A DNA stretch of 64,000 nucleotides from positions 175,122-239,121 of the forward strand of contig CAVRKD010000010.1 in assembly GCA_963722185.1 (NCBI GenBank). Direction: 5' to 3'. This DNA comes from an uncultured Actinomycetes bacterium. GTDB taxonomy: Bacteria > Actinomycetota > Acidimicrobiia > Acidimicrobiales > JACCXE01. Positions 9,008 to 18,805 of the stretch are shown piece after piece. Positions within the stretch are counted from its first letter, which is position 1. The number at the start of each line of letters is the position of its first letter. Under the pieces are notes generated by a model, which worked only from the letters and a program-made list of their open reading frames with translations, was not told where the DNA came from and ran no database searches. The position numbers were made by a program, and so were the translations under genes.

Positions 9008-12000
9008 ATGAAGATGCGACGGCGAGTAGCGGTCGTGATGGCCGCGGCTCTCACCGGAGTGACGCTCCAGTTGCTGCCGATGGCGCCGCCCGCCGCGGCC
9101 GCCGCGCCCACGCGCATCCTGAACACGGGCACGCAGAACGGCAGCGGCGCGCAGTGGGTGGAGACGCAGTCGACGCCCGACGGCGGCGCCGGCCGGAACT
9201 ATCGGGCCACGTTCCTCGTCGAACACGCCGTTGGACGACGGATCACCGGTGCGTTCTTCGGCCTGAACACCGGGACCGCGAACACCGCGGTGACGATCAA
9301 CACCGCTCAGCATTTCGGAACCGCGACGAACAACCTGCTCGAGACGTCGCGGGTGACGGTCTCCTTCGACCCGGGCACACCGGGCGGGTTCAGCTGCCCT
9401 CTCTTCAGCAGTGGCACGAGGCGCCGCGACGTCCCCGTCGCCATGCGGCTGGTCGACGACCTAGGCACGAGCACGTCGACCGTGACGGCCAACCTCCACG
9501 TCGTCGAAGACAGCCAGGGAACCGGTTGCGCCGACTTCCCGCGCATGTTCAGCCAAAGCCAGAACCTCACCGAGGTCACGCCCGGCACCAATATCAACTA
9601 CAGCTTCCAGTGCGACGACGTCGACACGGACGTATTCAGTTCCGACGACGACTGCGACAAGGCGCAAATCCGCTGGCGCCGGCTCGACGACGGCACGACC
9701 GGCGGCGACCAGACGATGACGGGCATCGACGACAACTCGACGCGCAGTTTCAACATGCAGTTCCCGTCGCAGGGCTACTACGTCGTCGAGGCCCAGCTCG
9801 CCAACGAGAACGGCAGCTTTCCCGACGTCGGCGGCACCAGCCAGGGCTGGTGGCGCGTCGGAAACGCCGTGGTCAACGACGCCGCATCGTCGCTGTCCGG
9901 GTCGATCTCGCTGAGCGGCACCCAGCCCAGCTCTCCGCTTTCGGTCAACCCGGGGGCCGCCGTCACGGCCACGGCGACCGCCGCCGACGCCGGCGGCGCC
10001 GTGCAGGCCATGGAGTGGGACGCCGACGGGAACGGCGTCTTCGAGCGGCTCGAGTACACGGTCCCGACCCTGACCGGTGGCGACATCGTGCATCCGGCGC
10101 TCTCGCTTGCCGAGCGTCAGCAAGTGATCAGCACCGTCACCCCCGGTCTGCACGCCGTCAACGTGAGGATCACCGACAACGGCGCGCTCGACGCCGCCGA
10201 CAACTGGAGGCGGCAGCTGACCTTCAGTCAGCTGTTGCGCGTGAATGCCGTTCCGACGGCAGGCAACGTGAACACCTCGACCAACGAGGACACCGCCAAG
10301 CTCATCGCGCTCACCGGTAACGACAGCGACAACCAGCCCGCCGCCCTTAGCTACAGCATCGTCAGCGCGCCGCCCGCGGCCGCGGGATCGCTCAGCGCCC
10401 TCAGCGGCAACCAGGTCACGTTCACTCCCGCTCTCAACTTCAACGGCACGACGTCGTTCACGTACAAGGCGACCGACGGTCCCGGCGACGACGGCGACGC
10501 CTTCGCGACGTCGAATACGGCGACAGTGACGATCACCGTCAACCCCGTCAACGACGCGCCGATTGCCGACCCGAAGTCGGGCACGACCAACGAAGACACA
10601 CCGATAACGATGCAGGCAACGGGTAGCGACGTCGAAGACGCGGCGCTGTCGTGGACCGTCCAGAACCAGCCGACCAGCGGCGGTGCCGCGTGCACGACTT
10701 CCGGGTCGTGCACCTACACGCCGAACCTGAACTTCAACGGTACGGACAGCTTCGTGGTGAAGGGCACCGACAGCGGTGGGCTGGCGGCGACGGCCACGTG
10801 GACCGTCACCGTCAACGCGGTGAACGACGCGCCGGTTGCCACCGACGACACGGTCAACGTGCCGGAGGACTCCGTCAACTTCCCGATCACGCTGACCGGC
10901 AGTGACGTGGACAGCGCGGTGCTGAGCTTCAACGGACCGGTCGACGATGTCGACCACGGTTCGCTGAACTGCCTCGGCCAAAGCTGCACCTATTCGCCGG
11001 CGGCTGACTACAACGGGCCGGACTCGTTCACCTTCACCACGAGCGACGGCAGCCTTTCCGATGCCGGCACCATCACGATCAACGTGACGGCGGTGAACGA
11101 TGCACCGGTGGCGACCGACGTGCCCGACGCCGAAGCCGACGAGGACACGCTGGTCAACATCGCGACGACCGGCACCGACGTCGACAACAATCCGCTTTCG
11201 GTCAGCTCGGTCACGGACCCGCCGCACGGAACCGCCACGAATAGCGGCGGCCTCACGACCGACTACGTCGGCGACCTGAACTTCAACGGCACCGACGTGT
11301 TCGACTTCCTCCTTACCGACGGTGCGTTGAGCGACGTCGGCCACGTCACGGTGACGGTCCGACCGGTCAACGACGCGCCAGTCGTCGACGACCAGACGTT
11401 CCACGTCAACGAGGACACGCCGGCGCTGCTCAGCGTGGCCGCCGGCGACGTCGACGGCGACGCTCTGCGCTGGAGCATCGTGTCCACCCCGACCGACGGC
11501 GCCTTGTTCGGCCGCGGGCCCGACGTCGGGTATTCGCCCGGCGGCAACTTCCACGGCAGCGACTCGTTCGTGATCAAGGTCGACGACGGCCGCGGGCTCG
11601 CCAACTCGACCGACACGGCGGTGATCACCGTCATCGTCGATCCGGTCAACGACCAGCCCGACGCCAACGCCAGCCGCGTTACGACGCCGGAGGACACGCA
11701 CACGTCGTTCAGCCTCGAGGCGAGCGACCTCGACGAGGACACCCTCACGGTTACCGCTCCTGTTTCTGGTCCGTCGAACGGATCGCTGAGCTGCACCGGC
11801 GCCGCCTGTACCTACACGCCGAACCCCGACTTCAACGGCTCGGATCTGTTCACGTTCGCTGTCGACGACGGCAATGGCGGCAGCGACACCGCCAGCGTCT
11901 CGATCAAAGTGACGCCGGTGAACGACGCGCCGGTGGCCTTGCCGGCTTCGGCCACAACAGACGAGGACCGCTCGACGCCGCTGACGCTGGTCGCCTCCGA

Positions 12001-13342
12001 CGTCGACGGCGACCTCCTGACCTACGACGTGGGCACCCCGTCGAGCGGATCGGTCCAGGGCATCGCGCCGAACCTCATCTACTCGCCGACGACTAACAGC
12101 AACGGCGCCGATCACTTCAACTTCACCGTGTCCGACGGCCGCGGCGGCACCGACACCGACACGATCGACGTCACGGTCAACGCGGTCAACGACGCTCCGG
12201 TAGCGACCGGCGGCTCGGCCACCACGGCCGAGGATGCGCCCGTCGCGTTCCAGCTCGAGGCCATCGACGTGGAGAACGACCCGCTCACCTTCACCGTACT
12301 GAGCGGCCCCGAGGTCGGCAGCGCCTCGTGCAACACCAGCGGTTTCTGCAACTACGACCCGCCCGCCGACTTCCACGGCGCCGTCAGCCTCGGCTACTCC
12401 GTAAGTGACGGCCAGGCGAGCGACAGCGGCGTCTTCACGGTCGTGGTCGATCCGCAAAACGACCCGCCGGTCGCGTCGGACGCAACCGCGTCGACCAACG
12501 AGGACACCGCGTTGTCGATCACGTTGACGGCGACCGACACCGAGGGTGACGAGCTTCACTACAACGTCGAGTCTTTGCCGAGCCACGGCACACTCAGTTG
12601 CGCGCCGGGCAGGCCGAGTTGCGTTTACACGCCGGCCCCGAACTTCAACGGCGCTGACTCGTTCAGCTGGTCGGCGGACGACGGCCACTTCGGCCACGCC
12701 ACCGCGACCGTCGCTCTGACGATCAACGCGGTCAACGACGCACCCGACGCGCTCGACGTGTCCGCGGACACCGACGAAGAAGCCACCAAGACGTTCCCGT
12801 TGATGGCCGGAGACGTCGACGGCGACCCGATCACTTACACGGTGGTCACACCGCCGTCGCACGGCACGTTGACCATTGCCGGCAGCCAGGCAAGCTACGC
12901 ACCGAGCGTCGACTTCAACGGACTCGACACCTTTGTCTACCGCGCCAGCGATGGGCTCCTGTCGACGACGGCCAAGGGCACCTTGACGGTGGTCGGCCTG
13001 CCGCTGATCGGCACCACGGTCGACGCCGAAGGCGGCGTGGCAGCTATTGAGGCGCCACTCCGTCCGGGTGGTGGCGCACGGGCAGCCGCCTTGCGGGTGT
13101 CGGCGTACCTGTTCACCGGCAACCGAACTCCGCTTCCGGGTCGCCGGCTCAACTTCACGATCGGCGACCGGTTCGTCTGCTCGACCTTGACCGATTCGAA
13201 AGGCTTCGCGAGCTGCGGCGGCTACCTGGACGGCATCTCGACGCTGCTCAACCTCGGCTACCGCGTCGCGTTCGCCGGTGGCCCGGACCACTCGGCGTCG
13301 GCGGCGACCGGACCGCTCGTGAGCACATACCTGAGGCTGTAG
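9008..13342 (+). CDS. Secreted tandem-95 / cadherin-like repeat protein, second paralogue
   Basis: The ATG at 9008 is preceded by AGGAGGA. The signal peptide is MKMRRRVAVVMAAALTGVTLQLLPMAPPAAAAAP. A unique ~410-aa N-terminal region with a PKD-like WDADGNG module is followed by ten repeats. The C-terminal module is related to that of the upstream protein. Confidence 0.9.
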   Translation: MKMRRRVAVVMAAALTGVTLQLLPMAPPAAAAAPTRILNTGTQNGSGAQWVETQSTPDGGAGRNYRATFLVEHAVGRRITGAFFGLNTGTANTAVTINTAQHFGTATNNLLETSRVTVSFDPGTPGGFSCPLFSSGTRRRDVPVAMRLVDDLGTSTSTVTANLHVVEDSQGTGCADFPRMFSQSQNLTEVTPGTNINYSFQCDDVDTDVFSSDDDCDKAQIRWRRLDDGTTGGDQTMTGIDDNSTRSFNMQFPSQGYYVVEAQLANENGSFPDVGGTSQGWWRVGNAVVNDAASSLSGSISLSGTQPSSPLSVNPGAAVTATATAADAGGAVQAMEWDADGNGVFERLEYTVPTLTGGDIVHPALSLAERQQVISTVTPGLHAVNVRITDNGALDAADNWRRQLTFSQLLRVNAVPTAGNVNTSTNEDTAKLIALTGNDSDNQPAALSYSIVSAPPAAAGSLSALSGNQVTFTPALNFNGTTSFTYKATDGPGDDGDAFATSNTATVTITVNPVNDAPIADPKSGTTNEDTPITMQATGSDVEDAALSWTVQNQPTSGGAACTTSGSCTYTPNLNFNGTDSFVVKGTDSGGLAATATWTVTVNAVNDAPVATDDTVNVPEDSVNFPITLTGSDVDSAVLSFNGPVDDVDHGSLNCLGQSCTYSPAADYNGPDSFTFTTSDGSLSDAGTITINVTAVNDAPVATDVPDAEADEDTLVNIATTGTDVDNNPLSVSSVTDPPHGTATNSGGLTTDYVGDLNFNGTDVFDFLLTDGALSDVGHVTVTVRPVNDAPVVDDQTFHVNEDTPALLSVAAGDVDGDALRWSIVSTPTDGALFGRGPDVGYSPGGNFHGSDSFVIKVDDGRGLANSTDTAVITVIVDPVNDQPDANASRVTTPEDTHTSFSLEASDLDEDTLTVTAPVSGPSNGSLSCTGAACTYTPNPDFNGSDLFTFAVDDGNGGSDTASVSIKVTPVNDAPVALPASATTDEDRSTPLTLVASDVDGDLLTYDVGTPSSGSVQGIAPNLIYSPTTNSNGADHFNFTVSDGRGGTDTDTIDVTVNAVNDAPVATGGSATTAEDAPVAFQLEAIDVENDPLTFTVLSGPEVGSASCNTSGFCNYDPPADFHGAVSLGYSVSDGQASDSGVFTVVVDPQNDPPVASDATASTNEDTALSITLTATDTEGDELHYNVESLPSHGTLSCAPGRPSCVYTPAPNFNGADSFSWSADDGHFGHATATVALTINAVNDAPDALDVSADTDEEATKTFPLMAGDVDGDPITYTVVTPPSHGTLTIAGSQASYAPSVDFNGLDTFVYRASDGLLSTTAKGTLTVVGLPLIGTTVDAEGGVAAIEAPLRPGGGARAAALRVSAYLFTGNRTPLPGRRLNFTIGDRFVCSTLTDSKGFASCGGYLDGISTLLNLGYRVAFAGGPDHSASAATGPLVSTYLRL
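10241..12994 (+). repeat. Coding array of ten diverged ~275-nt tandem repeats
   Basis: Ten units were read from the translation (VNAVPTAGNV... through ...GTLTVVG). They show the same consensus as the array at 5984..8676. Confidence 0.85.
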
Positions 13343-13362
13343 CGGCGCTAGGTTCCCCAGCC

Positions 13363-14379
13363 GTGGATACGGCCGCTAGTCCGGTGCGCGAGACCGTCGC
13401 CCTCGGCCCGCGCTGGCCGACCGTCGACCCGTTCCTGTTCTGCGCCCATCACGACGACGCCTATCCCGCGGGTGACGAAGCGTTCGCGCCAGCCGTGCCG
13501 ATTGACGACCGCGAGCTCGGCGCCGACTTCTCGGGCGCCGACGGCTGGAGCATGTACCACGGCCTCGTCGTGCCCGGCTTTCCGCAACACCCGCATCGTG
13601 GGTTCGAGACGGTCACGTTCGTCCGCAAAGGTCTCATCGACCACTCCGATTCGCTCGGCGCGGCGGCGCGCTTCGGTCGCGGGGATGTGCAGTGGCTCAC
13701 CGCCGGCCGCGGCGTTGTCCACGCCGAGATGTTCCCGCTCGTCGACCGGGAGTCTCCGAATCCGCTCGAGCTGTTCCAGATCTGGCTCAACCTTCCGGCA
13801 GCGCGCAAGCTGGTCGACCCGTACTTCACGATGTTCTGGGACGGCGACATGCCCGTGGTGCGGGCGGAGGGCGCCGAGATCACGGTCATCGCCGGATCGC
13901 TGGGCGATCACAAAGCGCCGGCGCCACCGCCGGATTCATACGCGTCGCAGACCGATGCCGACGTCGCCATTCTCCACATCCGGCTCGACGCCGCTGCGAC
14001 CTGGACGCTCCCGGCTGCCGCCGGCCCCGACACCGTGCGCGTGCTCTACGTCTTCGAGGGCGACACCGTCGACATTGCCGGCACCGGTGTCGACAACGAC
14101 ACCGGTGTCGTCGTCGACCCCATCGCCGACCTGGTGTTGCGCGCTGGCAAGCACGAAGTCGAGATCCTCGTGCTGCAAGGCCGCCCGCTCGGCGAGCCGG
14201 TCGCGCAGTACGGCCCGTTCGTCATGACGACTGAAGACGAAATCGAGCAAGCCTTTCTCGACTATCGGGAAACGCAGTTCGGTGGTTGGCCCTGGTCCGA
14301 GGACGGGCCGACGCACGGCCGCGACCGCGGCCGCTTCGCCAAACACGTCGACGGTCGGGTCGAGCGGCCGCCGACGTAG
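13363..14379 (+). CDS. Pirin family protein
   Basis: 338 aa with the cupin metal site HPHRGFETVTFV and GDVQWLTAGRGVVHAEMF. Confidence 0.85.
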   Translation: MDTAASPVRETVALGPRWPTVDPFLFCAHHDDAYPAGDEAFAPAVPIDDRELGADFSGADGWSMYHGLVVPGFPQHPHRGFETVTFVRKGLIDHSDSLGAAARFGRGDVQWLTAGRGVVHAEMFPLVDRESPNPLELFQIWLNLPAARKLVDPYFTMFWDGDMPVVRAEGAEITVIAGSLGDHKAPAPPPDSYASQTDADVAILHIRLDAAATWTLPAAAGPDTVRVLYVFEGDTVDIAGTGVDNDTGVVVDPIADLVLRAGKHEVEILVLQGRPLGEPVAQYGPFVMTTEDEIEQAFLDYRETQFGGWPWSEDGPTHGRDRGRFAKHVDGRVERPPT

Positions 14380-14411
14380 CCCTGGGGTATCGCTCTAGAG
14401 TTGCCCTACAC

Positions 14412-15620
14412 ATGGACCTGGGGCCTGGAGTTGTGCGACAGCGCGCCGGAGGGGCGAACCCGATAAACGTCGGTTCTCTGGTTCTAGTCGAGGACGACGC
14501 CGGAGACACGCTCCTCGTTGCCGAGATGCTTTCCGATGTCGCCCCCGACGTGACGCTCACGTGCTTTACGACGCTTCAGGCAGCGTTGAACGACTGGCCC
14601 GACGAGGCCGACTGTGTGCTGCTGGATCTCGGCCTGCCGGACGCGATGGGTCTCACGGCGTTGGAAGCGCTGCGCGCCCTCGTGCCGGACGTGCCGATCG
14701 TCGTCCTGACCGGTCGGATCGACGATGGCATCGGACCCGAGGCGGTCGGCGCTGGGGCGCAGGACTTTCTCGTCAAGGGCCAGGTTGACGGACCCGGTCT
14801 GGAGCGGTCGCTTCGGTATGCCGTCGAGCGTGGTCGAGCGACCGCGTACCAACGCGATCTAGTAGCGGCTGAGCTGCAATCACAGGAGAACACGCGGTTG
14901 CAACGCGGGTTGCTGCCGAGTCCGCTGATAGACACCGAGTTACTCGGCCTGGCGCTGTTTTACCGCCCCGGCAGCGACCGCGCCCTGCTGGGTGGCGACT
15001 TCTATGACGCAGTGCAAACGCGGTCGGGTGTGCATCTGCTCATCGGCGATGTCAGCGGTCACGGCCCCGACGAGGCCGCGTTGGGCGTCGCGCTGCGGAT
15101 TGCCTGGCGCGCGCTGGTGCTGGCGGGGCTCTCGAGTGCCGAAGTACTGCGAGGCGTGGAGCAAGTGCTGCTCGCAGAGCGCAACGACGACGAGCGCTTC
15201 GCCACCGTCGCCATGGTTTCGCTGAACTCCGCGCTCACCCAAGCCGAGGTAGTGCTCTGCGGCCACCCGCGTCCGCTGATCATTCGCGGGAACGACGTCA
15301 GCGAACTCGACGGCGCCACGCTCCCCATGCTTACGTCGCTGGAGGACAGGCCGATCGAGCCCGTCACCGTCGATCTCGCCGGTGAGTGGGGCCTGCTCCT
15401 GTTCACCGATGGACTTGTCGAAGGCCGCCGCGCACCCGGCGTTACTGAGCGCTGCGGCGTCGACGAACTGAAGGACCGGCTTGCGCCGCTCGTCGCGCAG
15501 GAGTTGCCGCGCGCCGACCTGGCTCCGAAGCTGCTCGCCGAGGCGGAGCGTTGTCACGGCGGGCCGTTGACCGACGACGTTGCCGTGCTGCTGATCGGCA
15601 GTCTGAGCTGGTGGCGTTGA
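14412..15620 (+). CDS. Response-regulator receiver fused to a PP2C/SpoIIE-type phosphatase
   Basis: The receiver shows LVLVEDDAGD...CVLLDLGLPD. The PP2C part shows GGDFYD, IGDVSGHG and FTDGLVE. The ATG at 14412 lies inside ORF 14286..15620. Confidence 0.85.
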   Translation: MDLGPGVVRQRAGGANPINVGSLVLVEDDAGDTLLVAEMLSDVAPDVTLTCFTTLQAALNDWPDEADCVLLDLGLPDAMGLTALEALRALVPDVPIVVLTGRIDDGIGPEAVGAGAQDFLVKGQVDGPGLERSLRYAVERGRATAYQRDLVAAELQSQENTRLQRGLLPSPLIDTELLGLALFYRPGSDRALLGGDFYDAVQTRSGVHLLIGDVSGHGPDEAALGVALRIAWRALVLAGLSSAEVLRGVEQVLLAERNDDERFATVAMVSLNSALTQAEVVLCGHPRPLIIRGNDVSELDGATLPMLTSLEDRPIEPVTVDLAGEWGLLLFTDGLVEGRRAPGVTERCGVDELKDRLAPLVAQELPRADLAPKLLAEAERCHGGPLTDDVAVLLIGSLSWWR

Positions 15621-17164
15621 CGGCCACGTCCAGCCGGGCATGGGGCGGCTGGAGCCTGGCGCGTCGGCTGACGGCCGTCCTCGCCGCCCTGTCGCTCGTG
15701 CTCCTTCTGGCTGGATTCGCGCTCGTGCTGGCGCTACGCCGAGCCGATCGAGCCGTGGCTAAGCAGACGCAGAGCACGTTTCCGGCGCGTCGCGCTGCGA
15801 GTCAGCTGCTGACATCGCTCGTCGACCAGGAGACGGGCTTGCGCGGCTTCGCCCTCACCGGAGACGCGCAGTTCTTGAAACCGTACCGGCAGGGGCTGGT
15901 CGACGAGCAGAAGAAGCGGGCCGAACTCGAGCGCTATATCCGAACGGGAGACGCGGCTCGGCTCGCGCTGGTGAGCGTCGATGCCGCGATCACCGCGTGG
16001 CGCGAACAGTACGCCTCGCTGCAGACCTCCGGCGCGGACGGCGGACGCTCGGACAGCACGATTCGGTTCGGTCAGGAACTGTTCGAGAAGGTGCGGCAGA
16101 CGACGGGCGCCCTCGACGACCAGCTGGCCAAAGAACTAGCCGCCGCCGGTCGGCAGGCCGATCAGAGCCGCCAACTGGTGATCATCGTTCTCGGTGCCAT
16201 GGCGGTGGTCATGGCGGCGGCGGTAGTCGGACTCCAGCGGGCGTTGCAGTCCGCGGTTCTGGGGCCGATGCGCCATCTCGGTGAGCAGGTCGCCGTGGTG
16301 TCGCACGGCAAGCACGCCTCCGCAATCGAACCCGTCGGCCCGCCCGACCTGCGCGAGATGGGCGCCGGGGTCGAGTCGATGCGCGTGGAGCTTGTCAACG
16401 CGCTGGCCGAGATCGAAGAACAACAGCGCGGTCTCCAGCGCCGGGCGACGGAGCTCGCGCGTTCCAACGCGGACCTCGAACAGTTCGCGTACGTCGCGTC
16501 ACACGACCTCCAGGAACCGCTTCGCAAGGTGGCGAGCTTCTGCCAATTGCTCGAACAACGCTATGGCGACCAACTCGACGAGCGCGCCCAGCAGTACATC
16601 GCCTTCGCTGTCGACGGGGCACGGCGGATGCAGCTCCTGATCACCGACCTGCTCACGTTCAGCCGCGTGGGACGAACCAGTGAGGACTTCGTTGCCGTGG
16701 ACCTCGCGGCGACGGTCACGAAAGCCTGGGCGGGTCTCGATGCGCAGGTCCGCGAGGCCGGCGGCGAGCTCCGGCTGGACATCGAGCCGACCGAGTCGCG
16801 CGTCCTCGGCGCGCCCTCCCTGCTGCAGATGCTGCTCACCAACCTCCTGGGCAACGCGCTGAAGTACCGCAGTGAGAACCGCGCGCCCGTCGTGCAGGTC
16901 AGCGCGGACGCCGATGGGTCGTTGCTGCGCGTCCACGTCGCTGACAACGGCATCGGTATCCCCGACGAGTATGTAGACAAGGTGTTCGTGATCTTCCAGC
17001 GTCTGCACGGTCGCGACGAGTACGAGGGCACGGGAATCGGCTTGGCGCTCGCGAAGAAGATCGTCGAGTTCCACGGTGGCACTATTGCGGTAGTCCCTTC
17101 GCCGCTCGGCGGAACCTGCCTGTCCTTCACCGTTCCTCTAGCTGAGAGCGTCGCCCGTGCCTGA
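15611..17164 (+). CDS. Sensor histidine kinase with an extracytoplasmic CHASE3 domain
   Basis: The GTG at 15611 overlaps the upstream stop. The order is TM, CHASE3 signature (VDQETGLRGFALTGDAQFLKPY), second TM, then the H-box (ASHDLQEPLRKV). N (LLGNALKY), G1 (DNGIGI) and G2 (GTGIGL) boxes follow. Confidence 0.85.
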   Translation: MALTATSSRAWGGWSLARRLTAVLAALSLVLLLAGFALVLALRRADRAVAKQTQSTFPARRAASQLLTSLVDQETGLRGFALTGDAQFLKPYRQGLVDEQKKRAELERYIRTGDAARLALVSVDAAITAWREQYASLQTSGADGGRSDSTIRFGQELFEKVRQTTGALDDQLAKELAAAGRQADQSRQLVIIVLGAMAVVMAAAVVGLQRALQSAVLGPMRHLGEQVAVVSHGKHASAIEPVGPPDLREMGAGVESMRVELVNALAEIEEQQRGLQRRATELARSNADLEQFAYVASHDLQEPLRKVASFCQLLEQRYGDQLDERAQQYIAFAVDGARRMQLLITDLLTFSRVGRTSEDFVAVDLAATVTKAWAGLDAQVREAGGELRLDIEPTESRVLGAPSLLQMLLTNLLGNALKYRSENRAPVVQVSADADGSLLRVHVADNGIGIPDEYVDKVFVIFQRLHGRDEYEGTGIGLALAKKIVEFHGGTIAVVPSPLGGTCLSFTVPLAESVARA

Positions 17165-17603
17165 ACCGTCCGCATCCCATCCGATCGAAGTGCTGCTCGT
17201 CGAGGACGACCCCGGGGACGTGCTCATGACACAGGAGGCGCTCGCCGATTACAAGGTCGCCAACCGGTTGTCCGTTGTCACGAACGGCGAAGACGCGATC
17301 GCCTACATGCGCAAGCAGGGCCGTTTTGCCGACGTACCAACGCCCGATCTCGTCTTGCTCGACCTGAACCTGCCCCGGCGCAACGGCCGCGAAGTGCTGC
17401 GCGAGATCAAGGAGGACCCCGAGCTCCGCCGGGTTCCGGTGGTGATCCTGACGACGTCTGAAGCAGAGGAGGACGTGCTCGCGTCATATCTCCTGCACGC
17501 GAACGCGTACGTCCGCAAGCCGGTGGACTTCGACCAGTTCGTCGCCGCCGTTCGCGCCATCGACGACTTCTTCATCACCGTCGTGCGATTGCCCCCTCGG
17601 TAA
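17157..17603 (+). CDS. Single-domain response regulator
   Basis: 148 aa containing only a receiver domain (VLLVEDDPGD, LVLLDLNLPRRNG, YVRKP). Its start overlaps the kinase stop. Confidence 0.9.
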   Translation: MPEPSASHPIEVLLVEDDPGDVLMTQEALADYKVANRLSVVTNGEDAIAYMRKQGRFADVPTPDLVLLDLNLPRRNGREVLREIKEDPELRRVPVVILTTSEAEEDVLASYLLHANAYVRKPVDFDQFVAAVRAIDDFFITVVRLPPR

Positions 17604-17614
17604 GGTCGGTCCTG

Positions 17615-18772
17615 TTGTCGAACGTGTCGCGAAGAGAGCTGCTCAAGTTCGGGGCCGCCGGCGCCGCCGGTTTGCTGTCGCTCGATGTCCTCGCGGCGTG
17701 CGGCAAAGACGGACCCAGCTCCGACGCGCTTGACCCGGATTCGCTCACACGCTTCCGGGCCGATGCGTCAAAGGGCCGTTCGACGGGCCTGCCGGAAACA
17801 GTGGCGTGGGCTTCCACCGCCGACTCCGAATTCTTCCTCGCCCTCGGGCGTGGAATGCAACAGGCGGCCACTGACCGCGGCGTCGACTACGTCACCGCGA
17901 CGTCGGGAAACGATCCCGCCAAGCACGTGGAGCAGATGAATGCCTTCCTCAAGCGCGGAGTCGGTTCGATGGCGATGCAGCCGTTGAGTCCTGACGCCGA
18001 CAGCCTGGTGTTGCAACGGGCCATCGACAAAGGCGTCTGCACGCAAGGCATCATCACCGCGCCGAGCACGATGCAAGTCGTGGCCGATCAGTACCAGATC
18101 GGCTTCGACCAAGGAAAGGCGGCTGCCGACTACGTCACCGCGCACCTCGGCGGCGAGGCCCAAGCGATCTACTTCAACCTCGACACCGCCTCACCGCAGT
18201 TGCAGATCCGCCACCGCGGCGTCCTCGAGGGACTGGCGACCGCCGGTGGAGGCATCGATGTCGTCGGCGACTTGACGGTTGCGGACATCAGTACGACCTC
18301 CGGTTTCAACACCATGATGAGCGCGTTGCAGACGCACCAAGACATCAAGGTCGTGCTCGGCGGCGACACCATCGTCGTGGGCGCGTTCAAAGCGTTGCAG
18401 GAGAGCGCGAAGCTCACCGACGACATGTTCCTGTCCGGTGTCGACGGCGACAAAGAGGCGCTGGATCTGATCAAGGCCGGCGGCGCATACAAGGCGAGCA
18501 TCGCGTTTGCCTGGACGCTCATGGGATACGGGCTCGGGCACTTCGGTGCCGACTGGATTCGGGGAAAAGAGGTGCCCCGGGTGATTGTCGCCAAGGGAGT
18601 GACTCTGGACTCGGCCGCGGCGGTGAATCAGTTCGAAGCCGCGAGCGCAGATCCCGCGAGCGTGTTCGCCGATCGAGATCGGTACGAGGATTACCTACCG
18701 CTGTACGGCAACGTCAGCCACGCCACGCGGCACACCTACTGGACCTCACCCGTCGACCCGCCTTCCACCTAA
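17615..18772 (+). CDS. Periplasmic sugar-binding (ribose/galactose PBP type I-like) lipoprotein, orphan
   Basis: It has a Tat-like SRRELLKFGAAGAAG motif plus an LAAC lipobox, and a type-I PBP-like body. The start could be TTG 17615 or GTG 17624. No permease or ATPase gene is adjacent. Confidence 0.8.
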   Translation: MSNVSRRELLKFGAAGAAGLLSLDVLAACGKDGPSSDALDPDSLTRFRADASKGRSTGLPETVAWASTADSEFFLALGRGMQQAATDRGVDYVTATSGNDPAKHVEQMNAFLKRGVGSMAMQPLSPDADSLVLQRAIDKGVCTQGIITAPSTMQVVADQYQIGFDQGKAAADYVTAHLGGEAQAIYFNLDTASPQLQIRHRGVLEGLATAGGGIDVVGDLTVADISTTSGFNTMMSALQTHQDIKVVLGGDTIVVGAFKALQESAKLTDDMFLSGVDGDKEALDLIKAGGAYKASIAFAWTLMGYGLGHFGADWIRGKEVPRVIVAKGVTLDSAAAVNQFEAASADPASVFADRDRYEDYLPLYGNVSHATRHTYWTSPVDPPST

Positions 18773-18805
18773 GGCGTTGAGAACGCCGCGAGCTGAGATC
18801 GGTTC

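Noticed and set aside
5984-12994. I considered whether the regular ~270-nt periodicity could be a CRISPR array or a non-coding tandem repeat.
   Set aside because: The period is far too long, there are no short identical direct repeats with unique spacers, and the periodicity is at protein level inside two open reading frames.
9461-13291. A 1276-aa antisense ORF spans almost the whole second giant gene. Similar long antisense ORFs lie at 4740..6110, 6369..7571 and 7914..8993.
   Set aside because: The translations are Arg/Gly/Val/Asp-rich and low in complexity, with no recognisable domains. Very high third-position GC on the sense strand removes stop codons from the opposite strand. The sense-strand proteins have clear signal peptides and domain repeats.
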